Part shown: positions 9,326-19,868 of the stretch, in pieces | How positions within the stretch are numbered: the stretch's first letter is position 1 | How the letters are laid out: every line of letters starts with the position of its first letter | Origin: a virus | Lineage: Duplodnaviria; Caudoviricetes | Reading direction: 5' to 3' (one strand) | Virus record (IMG/VR): IMGVR_UViG_3300025674_000014 | Length of the DNA stretch: 64,000 bases | Translations under genes and position numbers: made by a program | The notes under the pieces: model-generated | Told to the model about the DNA's origin: nothing | The model's input: only the letters and a program-made list of their open reading frames with translations | Databases searched by the model: none

Positions 9326-10768
9326 ATGGCTAAGTTTATTTACGATAATAAAAAACGTAAAGCTACAATCTTTTCAGATCAGTTAGATCTAATTAGAGAA
9401 CATTTTTCTTACCCTAACGAAGGTGCAGTTTTTGCAAGAAGGCGTGGTGCATGGTTTATGCCCACGCGTTCCTATATTATAACCCCTGCTGGTAAGTATG
9501 ATGTGGGTATGACTTTAGATATAATCAAATATATTAAAAGAGAATTACCTAATGAACCTATTATAATAGACGAATCAATAAAAGATGTTATTAAACCTTC
9601 AATTAATGCAGAGAAGGTATCCCTAGCTTTAGAGTTACGTGATTATCAAGGTGAAATTGTTGATGAGTGCGTTAAGTTTGGTAGAGGGGTTGTAGTGTTG
9701 GCTACTGCTGGTGGCAAAACCTTAACTATGGCTAATTTGCTTGAACGTATCTATCAAACATCACAGAATAAAGAAACTTGGAAAGCTCTTATTATCGTAC
9801 CTGACTTAGGATTGGTAAATCAAACGTTTGCTGACTTTGAAAACTATAAAGTTAATTTTACCCACGGTAAATGGACCGGTAATAACCCGGTTAATATAGC
9901 TGACAATGTTATTATAGCTAATATGGGTATATTACAAAGTGATAAAAGTGATATTGACTTTATTAACTATGTAGATGTACTTGTTATTGATGAAGTACAT
10001 AAAATAAGAGCTAAAAATAAGATTAATAAAATAGTAACCAAAATTAACACTAGTAATAAATTTGGGTTTACAGGTACCTTACCCGATAATGATGCTGATA
10101 TGTGGAATATATTCGGTAAAATCGGGCCTGTTATATATGAAAAAGGTAGTTATGAGTTACGATTAGAAAATTATGTTAGTAATGCTTTGGTACAAGTAGT
10201 TAAACTTCATTACAAAACTAAACCTCGCTACTCTACTGAAATAAATGACCCCGGTGAACGGTATAGGCAAGAGTTTGAGTTTCTATTTACTAATAGTTTT
10301 AGGAACAATGTTATTAAAAAGTTATCTACAGGTGTAAAAAAGAACACTCTTATACTTGTAGACTTTATTAGACATGGGGAAGAGTTATATAATGTATTAA
10401 GTCAAGACGAAAGTAAAAAAGTATATTTTATTCAAGGAGACGTCGATGTTGAAGAACGTGATAAAATTAAAAAACTTATTGAAAGTAACGATAACATTAT
10501 TTGTATTGCTATTAGTAAAATATTCAGTACTGGGATTAGTATCAATAACCTTCATTACATTATTTTTGCTTCAGGAGGTAAAGCAAAAGTTAAAATATTA
10601 CAGTCAATTGGTCGTGGGTTACGTCTTCACAAAAACAAAAATAAATTAGTTATTATAGATATTGCCGATCAGTTAAGGTATAGTGAACAACATTCTGAAA
10701 AACGAATCGATTTATATCAGTCAGAAAATATTCAAACAAAAATCGTTGATTTTTACGAGAACAGTTGA
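9326..10768 (+). CDS. uvsW: UvsW SF2 DNA helicase
   Basis: LRDYQ, ATAGGKT, IDEVH, GFTGT and QSIGRGLR motifs. Confidence 0.92.
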   Translation: MAKFIYDNKKRKATIFSDQLDLIREHFSYPNEGAVFARRRGAWFMPTRSYIITPAGKYDVGMTLDIIKYIKRELPNEPIIIDESIKDVIKPSINAEKVSLALELRDYQGEIVDECVKFGRGVVVLATAGGKTLTMANLLERIYQTSQNKETWKALIIVPDLGLVNQTFADFENYKVNFTHGKWTGNNPVNIADNVIIANMGILQSDKSDIDFINYVDVLVIDEVHKIRAKNKINKIVTKINTSNKFGFTGTLPDNDADMWNIFGKIGPVIYEKGSYELRLENYVSNALVQVVKLHYKTKPRYSTEINDPGERYRQEFEFLFTNSFRNNVIKKLSTGVKKNTLILVDFIRHGEELYNVLSQDESKKVYFIQGDVDVEERDKIKKLIESNDNIICIAISKIFSTGISINNLHYIIFASGGKAKVKILQSIGRGLRLHKNKNKLVIIDIADQLRYSEQHSEKRIDLYQSENIQTKIVDFYENS

Positions 10769-10801
10769 TATAAGCGTTCCCTATTCTATTATTCATTTAG
10801 A

Positions 10802-11284
10802 ATGCAAGCTAAAAAACCTAAAAACGGTCAAAAGATTAAACCAAAGAGTAAAGAACATTACGTAAACTCTAAAGAATTTAAAGAAGCTATAGCTCGTTAT
10901 TATGAAACCGATGTTTGTAATGATGAATTAGGTGAAATGATTACTAAAATAGCTCATGGTTTAAGTTACGCACCTAATTTTATCAATTATTCATATAAAG
11001 ATGAAATGGTAGGTGATGCAGTAGTTAAAATGTTTACAGCATTGTTTAATAAAAAGTTTGATCTTGATGCTGTAGATAGTAAAGGTAACAAATATAACCC
11101 ATTTTCATATTTTACCACAATTGCATTCCATGCTTTTATTAATCGTATTAAGAAAGAAAAGAGACACTTCGATGCTATTAACGAATATAAGGAACGGGTG
11201 TATGAAGAGATGTTAAATAGCGAAGAGGTCGAACAACGTGTTTATGTCCGACCTCAATCTGAAGATGATTTAAATTACGATTAA
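10802..11284 (+). CDS. gp55: Late transcription sigma factor gp55
   Basis: HYVNSKEF, PNFINYSYKDEMVGDA and NPFSYFTTIAFHAFINRIKKEK motifs. Confidence 0.9.
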   Translation: MQAKKPKNGQKIKPKSKEHYVNSKEFKEAIARYYETDVCNDELGEMITKIAHGLSYAPNFINYSYKDEMVGDAVVKMFTALFNKKFDLDAVDSKGNKYNPFSYFTTIAFHAFINRIKKEKRHFDAINEYKERVYEEMLNSEEVEQRVYVRPQSEDDLNYD

Positions 11285-12324
11285 GCTGATCTATATTCCG
11301 GTGTGGGTTCAGGGGCATGTGTTTTTAATATGTCCCAAACTTTATAAAACTGAATCATACTTTTTCTAGCTTCATTTTCGGCCCCGTAATCAACGAATGC
11401 GGGGTCGTTTTCCCCATCATGTGGCCAATCTTGGAAGTGAATAGTAAACGGTTTTCGTATTAAATAGTATGCACTTAAAATAATTTCTTCAGTAAAGAAA
11501 TCAGATTCAGGTGGCCTGGTAGCTGCAAGGGTTTCTAACCCTTTTTCATAAAAAGAAAACAACTTATCAAATTCTTTTGGTTGTAGTCCAATAACACCAC
11601 CTACTAGCTGGTATCTCATTGAAGCATCTTCTTGAGAAAAACCATACTCTTTCATTAATAAGTTCTTAAGATGATTAACGTGATAACTATTATACCAAAT
11701 GTTACTATGTTTAAATTCAAACATACCATGTTTAGTAATTAAGTTATCTAAACCTTTACCAATTTCAGGAGTATAAATGTTATTCTTGTTCCAAGGCCAG
11801 TAATGCCTCTTATCAAAGAAATTATTAATCTCAACACCACCTTTACTAAACGGTGTCAAAGCCCAATGAGTTATACCCGAATCAATCCAACAGAAGTTTT
11901 CAGTATTAAATGGATTTTCCTCAGCAACACTTTTTACAAAGTAAAGTTTTCTGTGACACAAAATTTCACAACGTGCATGAAAGAAACCCGGTTCATCAGG
12001 ATTAGTTTTTTTACGTTCTTCTGCTTCCCATGTTTGATATTCAATGCAAGCTTCTCTATGCTTTCTAATAATATCTTTATATTTGAAATCACCAATCTCA
12101 CTCTTAATAATTTTCCATCTGTTTTCGCCTGTCACCATTGTTAGGTATTCCATATACCGTTTAACTTTGTGATAACCTCTATCATCACAATGGACAACAA
12201 TTGGTAAGCCGAAGTTGTAAATGTTTTGTAAGGAAGAGAAGTAATACTGTTCTTGCCAACTACGTCCTCCGAACTCTCCCTCTCTATCACTAAAATAAAT
12301 TCCTGTAACTAATGTAGTACTCAT
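11281..12324 (-). CDS. HtrL/YibB (WlaTC)-like glycosyltransferase
   Basis: TTLVTGIY, KLYFVKSVAEENPF..ENFCWIDSGI and FTEEIIL. Oriented opposite to its neighbours. Confidence 0.55.
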   Translation of the reverse strand: MSTTLVTGIYFSDREGEFGGRSWQEQYYFSSLQNIYNFGLPIVVHCDDRGYHKVKRYMEYLTMVTGENRWKIIKSEIGDFKYKDIIRKHREACIEYQTWEAEERKKTNPDEPGFFHARCEILCHRKLYFVKSVAEENPFNTENFCWIDSGITHWALTPFSKGGVEINNFFDKRHYWPWNKNNIYTPEIGKGLDNLITKHGMFEFKHSNIWYNSYHVNHLKNLLMKEYGFSQEDASMRYQLVGGVIGLQPKEFDKLFSFYEKGLETLAATRPPESDFFTEEIILSAYYLIRKPFTIHFQDWPHDGENDPAFVDYGAENEARKSMIQFYKVWDILKTHAPEPTPEYRSA

Positions 12325-12358
12325 GGATTATGCTTTGTTATAATATATTATTTAAAAA

Positions 12359-13420
12359 GTGAAGCATATCTACTTTAAACAACCTAAAATATGTTGTGTA
12401 TCCGATATTCATCTTGGTGTACATCAAAATAATAGCAATTGGCATAAAGTTTTGTTAGATTGGGCTAATTGGTTAGACAAAGAACTAAAGTCTAATAATA
12501 TTCAAGATATAATGATATGCGGTGATTTGTTTCATTATAGAGATGAAATTGCAGTTAATAGTCTTCATGTTGCAAATGAACTGTTTGATATATTACAATC
12601 ATATAATATTGTAATGATAACAGGTAATCATGATTGTTATTACAAAGATAACAGTTTGGTTAATTCATTGTCTATTCTTAAAGGTAGACCTAATATTAGA
12701 ATTATAGACAAACCCGAAACAGTTGAAATATTCGATAAAACCGTTAGCTTTTGTCCGTGGGGTACTAAAATTAATGAACTTAAACGTAATATTGATATAG
12801 TATTTGGTCATTTTGAGTTTGTTGATTTTAAGATGAATAATTTCAAGGTTTGTGATCATGGTGATACACCTGAAGATATTCTTAAGAAAGGTAAAAAGGT
12901 TATAACTGGTCATTTTCATCTTAGAGATCACCGAAAGTTTGGTACCGGTGAAATTTTATATCTTGGTAACCCGTTTCAGATGGATTTTGGTGATGCTGGT
13001 AGTACTAAAGGTTGGTATGAATTAGACTTTAACACCAGTGAAACAACATTTCATCAAAATAAACTATCTCCAGTTCATATAAAATTACCTTTGAGTGAAC
13101 TTATCAAGTATGATGGTATAACTGATGAACTTAAAAAACTTTTAAAAGGTAATATTGTAAGATTAGTTGTAGATAAAAATGTTGAACCAGATGATTTGGA
13201 TATTATAACAATGTCAATAAACAGTTTGAAACCGTTTATGTTCAATCTGGATTACGACATTAATTTTAATAAATTTTCAGTAGAAGGTGATGTTGGTTAC
13301 GAGTATTCGGGCGTTGATTATGAAACAGCTATAACTGAGTTTGTTAACATGTTAGATATCAATAATAAATCTGAAGTAATACAATACACCATTGAGTTAT
13401 ATAAATCATGCAAAATTTAG
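12359..13420 (+). CDS. gp47: Recombination nuclease subunit gp47 (Mre11/SbcD-like)
   Basis: SDIHLG, CGDLF, GNHD, GHFE and GHFH metallophosphoesterase motifs. Confidence 0.92.
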   Translation: MKHIYFKQPKICCVSDIHLGVHQNNSNWHKVLLDWANWLDKELKSNNIQDIMICGDLFHYRDEIAVNSLHVANELFDILQSYNIVMITGNHDCYYKDNSLVNSLSILKGRPNIRIIDKPETVEIFDKTVSFCPWGTKINELKRNIDIVFGHFEFVDFKMNNFKVCDHGDTPEDILKKGKKVITGHFHLRDHRKFGTGEILYLGNPFQMDFGDAGSTKGWYELDFNTSETTFHQNKLSPVHIKLPLSELIKYDGITDELKKLLKGNIVRLVVDKNVEPDDLDIITMSINSLKPFMFNLDYDINFNKFSVEGDVGYEYSGVDYETAITEFVNMLDINNKSEVIQYTIELYKSCKI

Positions 13421-14190
13421 GAATAGTTTTATACACCCAAGGCAATAACAAACGTAATCTAAAAAATTGTCTTAAGTCTTTAACCAATTTTAAAGATAAA
13501 GTAATCGTAGTATGTGATGGTACATTGCCTAGTATTGATGAACTTGAAGGGTTTGAAACCAAAGAATATAAAAGTACCATTTTTGCATCTGGTTGTTATA
13601 ATTACGGGTTAAGACATTTGCTTAACAAAGGTGTAGAACATTTCTTTATCGTAAATGACAATGTAATGGTCTTAGAGGATAAGTTGTTTGATGATTATAT
13701 CAATGTTAATAGTCAAACTAAGATAGGTTTCATGGCAAGTAGTACTGAAAGTGATGACCCGTACGGTAAAGGTAAAAATAATAAACTTACTTTAGAATTA
13801 AAAGAAGGTTATCAATTGTTACTCAACAAAGGATTTAATGGATACCTTTTATATCTTACTAGAGAAACTATTAAGAAGGTAGGTTTCTTTGATGAACGTT
13901 ATAAAGGTGCTTTCGAAGGTTCCGATTATTATAAACGTGCTTCTGATAAAGGTGTAACTTCATATTTTGGTTGGTTTGCTGATGTGAAAGGTTCATCAAA
14001 CAATATTCTATATCAAACTAATAGACCTGATAGTATTCACCCCGTGTTTAATTCTGATACTGTTGAAGATAGAATTATTAAAAGTATGAAAGTGTTTAAC
14101 CTCAAGTTTAAAACACAACCACAAAATCTTTTCGAGATTTATTCACAAAAAGACGTCGTACAAAAACTAAAAAATTTATCGAGTAGATAA
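13408..14190 (+). CDS. GT2-like glycosyltransferase
   Basis: VIVVCDG, YNYGLR, FFIVNDNV and KKVGFFDERY..AFEGSDY. Sits between gp47 and gp46. Confidence 0.55.
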   Translation: MQNLGIVLYTQGNNKRNLKNCLKSLTNFKDKVIVVCDGTLPSIDELEGFETKEYKSTIFASGCYNYGLRHLLNKGVEHFFIVNDNVMVLEDKLFDDYINVNSQTKIGFMASSTESDDPYGKGKNNKLTLELKEGYQLLLNKGFNGYLLYLTRETIKKVGFFDERYKGAFEGSDYYKRASDKGVTSYFGWFADVKGSSNNILYQTNRPDSIHPVFNSDTVEDRIIKSMKVFNLKFKTQPQNLFEIYSQKDVVQKLKNLSSR

Positions 14191-14218
14191 TCATAGAAGT
14201 TACATATAATCATATTAT

Positions 14219-16021
14219 ATGAAGCAAATTATCTTCAACGATATTGAGATAAAAAACTTTCTTTCTGCTGGTTCGGACCCTATTAAGGTTGATTTTAAAA
14301 AGGGCTTTCATGTTATTACCGGTCTTAATAAAGATAAACAAGATCGTCGTAACGGGGTGGGTAAAAGTACTATAGCAGATTCAATTAACTTTGCTATTTT
14401 TGGTTCAACTTTACGTGAACTTAAAAAGGAACTCATTCAAAATAACCTTACTAATGAAACGTGTTCGGTTAAGTTAGATTTTAACGTAAAGTCTCCTAGA
14501 GGTAATGATAATTTTCTTATACATAGGACTTTAGGACCTAATAAATGTTATATCTTTAAGAACGGTGACGACGTAACTCGTGATTCTATAATTAACACAA
14601 ACGAATACATTCAAGATGTAATTAATTGTACTGAAGAAGTGTTTCAGAACTGCGTTATTATGACTCTTAATAATACTATACCTTTCATGGCTAAAAAGAA
14701 GGTAGAAAAGAGAAAGTTTATTGAAGGTATATTCAATCTTGGAGTGTTTAGTGAAATGATATCTAATTTACGCTCTGATTATAATGAAACTAAAAAGGTA
14801 TTTGATATTGATTCTACTGTATTTACCGAAACTGATAATTCTCTTAAGAGTTATAGGGAACAACATACTAATATTATCAAAGAACGTAAAGAAAAGCTTG
14901 AACGCTATAAACAACGTGAAGAAAACAATAAAAGGGAGTTACTTGATATCAAAAGTAAATTAACTGATGTTAGTCAAGAGGTAATTGAAAAGAATAATAA
15001 GTTTATTGAAGCATTAAAAAATAAACTACCTGAACAATCTGATAAAAGAGATGATTTACTTAAAAAAATTACTATAGTTGATGTACAAAATGAACAAATA
15101 GAAAAAACTATTAGTAATATTGGTACAGATAAAGATACTTGCCCTGTTTGTTTACATTCTATTAATAATGATGATAGAGATCATATAGAAAAAGAAAAAC
15201 AAAAGTTAAAAGATAAAATAAAAAGTAATTTAGAAATAAAAGACAAGATTGAAGGTGTAATTTTTGTAACTGAAGGCAATATTAAAAAGATAAACGATGT
15301 AATCTATCAACTTAATGAAAAGAACAAAGTTATAGTTCAGCAAATTAACAGTCAAACCCTTCTTAAAGAGAAAGCTAAACAGTTAGTTGAGTGGCAAGGT
15401 CAGTTAAAGTTAGATATTAAGGAACTAAAAAGTACTGATACTGGTCTTGATAAGGTTATTCAAGAGTATGAAGCTAAACTTGATAAAGTTAAGGCTACAC
15501 TAGACACTACTAAGAATAAAATTAACATGCTTGACGTGGTTAAGTATGTAGTTTCAGAAGAAGGTGTAAAATCCTATATTGTTAAAAAGATGTTAACCTT
15601 ATTCAATAGTAGATTAGCTCATTATCTTAAGAAGATGGATAGTAATTGTGTTTGCATCTTTAATGAGTACTTTGAAGAACAAATTATTAATGAAAAAGGT
15701 AAAATATGTTCATACTTCAATTTTAGTGGAGCCGAACGTAAAAATATTGACTTAGCATGTTTGTTTGCTTTCATGGATATTCGTCGTTTACAAGGTGATG
15801 TTACGTACAACTTTAGTATGTATGATGAGTTGTTTGATAGTAGTCTTGATGAACGTGGCGTTGAGTTAGTTATTAATATTCTTAAGGAACGAGTTGAACA
15901 GTACAATGAATGTGTAATGGTTATTAGTCATCGTAAGGAAAGTGTTAAAGCAGCTCAAGGTGATGTTATTTATCTAGAAAAAGTTAATGGTATCACTAGA
16001 AGAGTTCAATATTCAGAGTAA
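14219..16021 (+). CDS. gp46: Recombination ATPase gp46 (Rad50/SbcC-like)
   Basis: NGVGKST Walker A, CPVC zinc hook, FSGAE signature, YDELFD and ISH motifs. Confidence 0.93.
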   Translation: MKQIIFNDIEIKNFLSAGSDPIKVDFKKGFHVITGLNKDKQDRRNGVGKSTIADSINFAIFGSTLRELKKELIQNNLTNETCSVKLDFNVKSPRGNDNFLIHRTLGPNKCYIFKNGDDVTRDSIINTNEYIQDVINCTEEVFQNCVIMTLNNTIPFMAKKKVEKRKFIEGIFNLGVFSEMISNLRSDYNETKKVFDIDSTVFTETDNSLKSYREQHTNIIKERKEKLERYKQREENNKRELLDIKSKLTDVSQEVIEKNNKFIEALKNKLPEQSDKRDDLLKKITIVDVQNEQIEKTISNIGTDKDTCPVCLHSINNDDRDHIEKEKQKLKDKIKSNLEIKDKIEGVIFVTEGNIKKINDVIYQLNEKNKVIVQQINSQTLLKEKAKQLVEWQGQLKLDIKELKSTDTGLDKVIQEYEAKLDKVKATLDTTKNKINMLDVVKYVVSEEGVKSYIVKKMLTLFNSRLAHYLKKMDSNCVCIFNEYFEEQIINEKGKICSYFNFSGAERKNIDLACLFAFMDIRRLQGDVTYNFSMYDELFDSSLDERGVELVINILKERVEQYNECVMVISHRKESVKAAQGDVIYLEKVNGITRRVQYSE

Positions 16022-16030
16022 ATAACTTTA

Positions 16031-17248
16031 ATGTTTATACCAATTAATCATGGTAATCCTTATGGGTCTAATCCTTTTGGTAACCCTTTTGGGAACGCAG
16101 GGTTTAAACAACCTAATCAAGAACAAAAACAACAACGGCCTCAAGATCAGGCTAGGATGCCTCGTTTTCTTAACTATGTAGCTGATTATGGTGGTTGTGG
16201 TTACTGGAGATGTATATGGCCTGAGTATCTTCTTAATGCCGACGGTAGGTGTATGGTACATACATCAACTGTTATGGTTACAGATCCTAATTATTATAAA
16301 GGACTTACAGCAGTTAAGTTTCAAAGACAAGCTGCACCTCATCAAAAACAATTTATTGAATTTATTAGTAAACTTTCTAAAGAATTTAACTTCAGGGTTA
16401 TCTATGAAATTGATGATATACCATTTAGAGAAGATATCCCTGATTACAATAAACATAAACACGCTTTTACTAGTGATGAAATAAGGAACAATATTCAATC
16501 TATTATGGAAACTTGTGGTAACATGTCTGTTACATGTAAGTTCATGAAAGATTATTTTGCATCTAAATTAGACCCATCAGTTGAAATAGATGTTATACCT
16601 AATTTTATTCCTAAGTTTTGGATTGGTAACTACTACTATAGGGAAAAGATTGAAGAGGATTATGAACGTAATAAGAAACGTCCTCGTATTTGCTGGGCTG
16701 GTTCTGGTGCTCATATTGACGTAGAAAGAAGAATAAAAGGTAAAGACGACTTCTATCATATTAATGAAGTTGTAAGAAAAACTGTTGATGATTTTAAATG
16801 GGTATTCTTTGGTGGTATTTCTCAAGAATTATCTGATTTAGCAAGATCTGGTAAAGTTGAATTCATACCTTGGGCTAAATTATATAATTACCCTGAAAAG
16901 CTATTCACATCTAACATTAATATGTTTATTGCTCCTTTGTCAGATAATAATTTTAACAAAGCTAAGAGCGATCTAAAGTATATTGAAGCTAGTGCTCTTG
17001 GTATCCCTATTGCATGTCAGGATATTTGTACATATGAGGATGCTCCAATTAAGTTCAAGACTGGAGATGAAATGATTGATCGGATAAAAGAGGTACTTGG
17101 GGATGAAAGACGGTATATTAAAGAGTCGGTCAATGGTCGTAATGTAGCAGAATCCAGATTCTTAGAAACTGAAGAGAATCTATATCAATATTATGACAAT
17201 TATATGTACGGTAGGAGTGATTCACGCCGTAAATATCTTACTACTTGA
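16031..17248 (+). CDS. GT-B glycosyltransferase
   Basis: ADYGGCGYWR, YEIDD, WAGSGAH and APLSDNNFNKAKSDLKYIEASALGIP motifs. Confidence 0.65.
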   Translation: MFIPINHGNPYGSNPFGNPFGNAGFKQPNQEQKQQRPQDQARMPRFLNYVADYGGCGYWRCIWPEYLLNADGRCMVHTSTVMVTDPNYYKGLTAVKFQRQAAPHQKQFIEFISKLSKEFNFRVIYEIDDIPFREDIPDYNKHKHAFTSDEIRNNIQSIMETCGNMSVTCKFMKDYFASKLDPSVEIDVIPNFIPKFWIGNYYYREKIEEDYERNKKRPRICWAGSGAHIDVERRIKGKDDFYHINEVVRKTVDDFKWVFFGGISQELSDLARSGKVEFIPWAKLYNYPEKLFTSNINMFIAPLSDNNFNKAKSDLKYIEASALGIPIACQDICTYEDAPIKFKTGDEMIDRIKEVLGDERRYIKESVNGRNVAESRFLETEENLYQYYDNYMYGRSDSRRKYLTT

Positions 17249-17272
17249 TGATATATAGATTGTTCATATACT
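17245..17272 (+). promoter_or_regulatory. Sigma70-like promoter, leaderless geometry
   Basis: TTGATG-N16-TATACT, with ATG 6 nt downstream. Confidence 0.55.
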
Positions 17273-17278
17273 ATTTGT

Positions 17279-19867
17279 ATGTATAGAAATGTAGTGTATG
17301 AATCTGTTAAGGAACAAATGCGGTTGTTTACCTGGGACGAGGATGGTAACCGTATTCAAGTTACTCAAAGCTACAATCCATATCTTTATATTGAACCTAA
17401 GGATAATAGACATAAGAATGCTGAGTCTATCTACAAAACCCCTTTACGTAAACTAATATTCAAACGTGGTTCTGATCGTCGACGTTTTATCAAACAGAAT
17501 AACGTTAAGAGGTTGTTTGAAAACCTACCTGAAAAGCAACAGTTCTTATTAGATAACTTCTGGCAAGTAAATGAAACTTCAGACTTTACTAAGAATGAGA
17601 TCAAGATGTTATTGCTTGATATCGAGACTTATTCACCAGATAGCTTTCCTAATATCGAAAATGCTAATCACCCGATTAACGTTATTACCGTTTATGATAA
17701 TCTTGAGAAACGGTTTTATACCTGGGGTACTAAACCATATAACGGTAAAGGTAGGCCTGATCTTGAGTACAAATACTGTGTAAGTGAACGTCAACTGTTT
17801 ACTGAGTTTCTTAACTACCTTGAGAAAGACTATCCTGATATTCTAAGTGGTTGGAACTCTGAGTTCTTCGATATTCCATATATTATCAAACGTTGTGAAC
17901 GTATTATGGGTGAGGAAGAGATGAAAAGACTATCACCGGTGGGTAACGTTCATTATAGAAGTATTCAAGGTCAGTTCGGTAGACAACAAATCAAATGGTA
18001 CATTGATGGTATTGCATTGCTTGATTACTTGGACGTGTATCGTAAGTTTGCTCCATTGCGTGAGTCATATAAACTTGATGCAATTGGTGAACTTGAGTTA
18101 AATGAACGTAAGGTTGGGTTTGAAGGCATGGACCTTGCAACGTTATCTGATGTTGATTGGGACAAGTTTATTGATTACAACATTCAGGACGTAAACATTC
18201 TTGTTAAACTTGAAGAAAAGTTACAATACATTGGTTTGGTACGTATGTTAGCTTACGTTGGTTGTACTACCTTTGATGCTGCAATGGGTGCACTATCAGT
18301 AATCAATGGTGCGTTTTGTATTCGTGCTAGACATCGTAAGCAAGTCATTCCTACTTTTATTCGTGGTGAAGATACCGGTAAGAACCCAGGTGCATATGTT
18401 GGTGAACCTCAACAAGGGTTTCAAAACTATGTACTATCCTTTGACGCTAATAGTCTATACCCGAATGTGATGATTACCCTTAACTTATCACCAGAAACTA
18501 AGATTGGTAAGATCTTAGAAAAAACTGATGACATGATAGTTATGGAACTAGTTAACGGTAAAGTTAAAGAATACTCAATACCGGTGTTTAGTAAAATGAT
18601 TAAGGAACATAATCTTACAATCAGTAAAGCTAACATTGTATTCCATCAGAAAGAAATGGGTCTTATTCCTGAAATTGTTGATTACTATTATCATAAACGT
18701 AAAGGATTTAAAGATGAGTATGTTGACTTGAAGAAGCAGCATGCTGCTATGAAAAAGTCAGACCCAGACTATGATAAAGTCGGGGTTGAACTACAACGTG
18801 CTGGTACTAAACAATTAACAGTAAAGATTCTAATCAATTCGATTTATGGATACTTTGGTAACAAGAACGCTCCTATTGGTGATGACGATATTGCATCATC
18901 AGTTACATTGAGTGGTCAAGCAGTGATTAAACAAAGTAACGTAATCATTAGAGACTTTATCAAACTAAAGACAGGACTAACTGATGAAGATCTTAAGAAG
19001 AAAGACCCTATTATTTACAACGACACGGATTCATCATATGCCTCGATTGAGTTACTTATCAAACATCTGGGACTTACCTTCAAAAATGAAAAAGGAGAAG
19101 TACATGAGGACATTTATAAACTTGAAGATGAGTTGGTTGGATACCTGAATAAGGAAATCATGATATGGGGTAAGAAGACGTTCAATAGTAAAGACTGTAG
19201 ATTCGTTTTCAAGCGTGAGTGTATTGGTGAAGTTGGTATCTTCTTACAGAAAAAACGTTACGTTCTAAACATCCTTGATGATGAAGGTGCAAAGGTTAAC
19301 AAGACGAAATACACTGGGGTAGAAGTTGTTAGAACTACCTTGCCTAACTCGTTGAAACCGTATATGAAAAACGTTATTGAGATCATGCTTAGTACCCAGG
19401 ATTATCAAAAGACTAATGAAGCAATGAAAATCGTGTATGATAAGTTTAAGGAACTAAGTATATCAGAAATTGCATCTGTCATGGGCATTAAGGGATATGA
19501 AAAGTATGCTGCTCAATGTAACGGTATGAGTGTTGTAAAAGGTATGCCTATACATTGTAAGGCTGCCTATTACTATAATAACTTACTTAAAGCTAATAAA
19601 CTTGGTAAGAAGTATGAATCAATCGGTTCTGGCGACAAGGTTAGGTTCTTTTATGTAAAGAAACCAAATAAGTACAACATCGATAGTATCGCGTTTAAGT
19701 ATGAGTGGCCTGAAGAGTTTGATAAGTTCTTTAAACCTGATTATGATAAGATTTTTGAGAAGTTAATCTTTCAACCTATCGAACGTTTTTATCAAGCAGT
19801 TAGTTGGAAGTGTTATTTACCTAATCAAGCAGTGCAGTGTGATTTGTTTAGTCTATTAGGAGAATAA
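17279..19867 (+). CDS. gp43: Family B DNA polymerase gp43
   Basis: Exo motifs DIET, GWNSEFFDIPY and YNIQD; polymerase motifs SFDANSLYP, KILINSIYG and YNDTDS. Confidence 0.96.
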   Translation: MYRNVVYESVKEQMRLFTWDEDGNRIQVTQSYNPYLYIEPKDNRHKNAESIYKTPLRKLIFKRGSDRRRFIKQNNVKRLFENLPEKQQFLLDNFWQVNETSDFTKNEIKMLLLDIETYSPDSFPNIENANHPINVITVYDNLEKRFYTWGTKPYNGKGRPDLEYKYCVSERQLFTEFLNYLEKDYPDILSGWNSEFFDIPYIIKRCERIMGEEEMKRLSPVGNVHYRSIQGQFGRQQIKWYIDGIALLDYLDVYRKFAPLRESYKLDAIGELELNERKVGFEGMDLATLSDVDWDKFIDYNIQDVNILVKLEEKLQYIGLVRMLAYVGCTTFDAAMGALSVINGAFCIRARHRKQVIPTFIRGEDTGKNPGAYVGEPQQGFQNYVLSFDANSLYPNVMITLNLSPETKIGKILEKTDDMIVMELVNGKVKEYSIPVFSKMIKEHNLTISKANIVFHQKEMGLIPEIVDYYYHKRKGFKDEYVDLKKQHAAMKKSDPDYDKVGVELQRAGTKQLTVKILINSIYGYFGNKNAPIGDDDIASSVTLSGQAVIKQSNVIIRDFIKLKTGLTDEDLKKKDPIIYNDTDSSYASIELLIKHLGLTFKNEKGEVHEDIYKLEDELVGYLNKEIMIWGKKTFNSKDCRFVFKRECIGEVGIFLQKKRYVLNILDDEGAKVNKTKYTGVEVVRTTLPNSLKPYMKNVIEIMLSTQDYQKTNEAMKIVYDKFKELSISEIASVMGIKGYEKYAAQCNGMSVVKGMPIHCKAAYYYNNLLKANKLGKKYESIGSGDKVRFFYVKKPNKYNIDSIAFKYEWPEEFDKFFKPDYDKIFEKLIFQPIERFYQAVSWKCYLPNQAVQCDLFSLLGE

Positions 19868-19868
19868 A

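Noticed and set aside
16052-16096. NPYG/NPFG/NPFG peptide repeat at the GT N-terminus
   Set aside because: A short low-complexity linker with no evidence of function.
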